Shown in pieces: positions 62,796-64,000 of a stretch of 64,000 nt of DNA. A program made the position numbers and the translations under genes. The stretch comes from Octopus vulgaris (taxonomy: Eukaryota): assembly GCA_951406725.2 (NCBI GenBank), contig OX597815.1:151156001-151220000 (forward strand). Direction: 5' to 3'. Numbering within the stretch: the stretch's first letter is position 1; every line of letters begins with the position of its first letter. The notes beneath the pieces were generated by a model. That model was given only the letters and a program-made list of their open reading frames with translations, was not told the DNA's origin and did not search any database.

Positions 62796-63559
62796 CTTGG
62801 GGAAATTTCGAACCAGGGTTCTCATTCCTAAGGTATTTTTCGATGTTATTATTATCATTGCCTTTGCACAGTTTCTAATGCTGGGGATGTAGTGTCAGCT
62901 GTTCACTACCAGTGAACTAAGGTAACACTTATTATTATTATTATTATTACTATTATTATTATTATTATTCACTACTTGGAATCAAACTAAGGAGATAGCC
63001 ACATTGGTCCCTGTCCCGACACAAGCTGCAGCTCATCTGAATTTTCTTCTTCATTTGTTGGGCCATAACTCTTTCTGTTACTTTCATAACTTAGTCCCCC
63101 AATTTGAAACCTTTTTTGTTGTTCCGTTCAAGAACATATGCTTTACTGTTGAAGTAGTAGTAGTAGTAGTAGTAGTTGATGATGATAATGATAATACACT
63201 AGCCAAGGGGAATGACTCATTCCTGAAATACTTGGCTAACTGTGCAAGTGACTTAGTCCCTCTTCTACTTTCCCTGATGGTTCAGTTGCTTCCCCTGCTT
63301 TTATGTATCTTTATTTGCCATTTTGACCTTGTAGTTGTCTCTCTTCCATTACTCCCTCTTCCATCAACCAGCCATCTTCTCCCTTCCTCTCTCTCATTCT
63401 TTTCAATTATGTTCTTACTCCCATTATCCTCATGTACTGCATCTCTCCCACAAATCTGCCTCTTCTATTTTGGTTATATTGATTTGATTGTATTCAATCT
63501 CCTTACCAACAACAGTCATGTAACTTCAGCCTCTCAGTCACATTTTTCTAATTCAAATT

Positions 63560-63880
63560 CTTTACCAACAACCATCTTGTAACTTGGTTCATTACATCAA
63601 ATATGTTAGCACTGACTTTAGTATCAACTGAACATGTTTGTTCATAAAATCCATTTTCCAAGTTTGGTTACCTTCACTTATAATAAAACCAAGCACATTT
63701 CTTCTTGGCAGCTCATGTAAACAAAACAGGTGAAGCCCATGTGCAGGCAAATTAGCCAGAAAGATTTTCTGCCAGATGCACGTAAGCACTTTACTGATGT
63801 CAAATGCAATGACAAATTTTTTGTTCAATTTCCGGAGAGCAAGGGACAACTGGTGAATGACATAAGGGAGTAAATCTTTA
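63560..63880 (-). mobile_element. Degenerate LINE reverse transcriptase fragment (CR1/L2/Jockey-like)
   Basis: IAFDISKVLTCIWQKIFLANLPAHG resembles the LDISKAFD.VWH..LL.KL...G RT motif. Confidence 0.55.
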
Positions 63881-64000
63881 GAAGGAAGAGGAGGAGAGGG
63901 GGATAAGAAGAAGGAGGAAGAAGAGGAGATGAAGGAGAAGAAGAAAAAAGGAGGAGGAGGGAGGGAGGAGGAGAAGGGGAAATAGGAAGGTGATGATGAT

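Noticed and set aside
63004-63582. 192-aa plus-strand ORF
   Set aside because: Low-complexity pyrimidine-rich and (GTA)n sequence with a TTG start and no recognisable domain.

Overview
AT-rich, repeat-saturated eukaryotic genomic DNA. The SINE and microsatellite landscape suggests an octopus or other coleoid cephalopod (inference). The window holds one protein-coding gene, a TXNDC11 (EFP1) ortholog on the minus strand. I reconstructed 13 coding exons (56464 down to 11826) with GT-AG sites and consistent phases, about 816 codons. They encode an N-terminal hydrophobic anchor, a WCTRS thioredoxin fold and a WCGFC thioredoxin fold. The final exon(s) were not found and probably lie left of the window. 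Almost all other ORFs in the track are microsatellite or SINE artefacts. Introns and upstream DNA contain several SINE families, RTE, CR1/L2-like and R4/Dong-like LINE fragments, mariner, hAT, piggyBac-like and Tigger-like MITEs, and two inverted solo LTRs. Most notable observations: (1) minimal hammerhead-ribozyme motifs, one with an intact core in sense orientation in intron 1; (2) a tRNA-headed SINE-like family carrying a hammerhead tail; (3) a partially duplicated exon 8 with an intact acceptor and a premature stop; (4) an overlapping uORF/-1 frame arrangement at the start codon plus a conserved internal Met; (5) a perfect 195-bp inverted repeat and other hairpins that could form dsRNA in the pre-mRNA. 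All coordinates were counted by hand; repeat boundaries are approximate.
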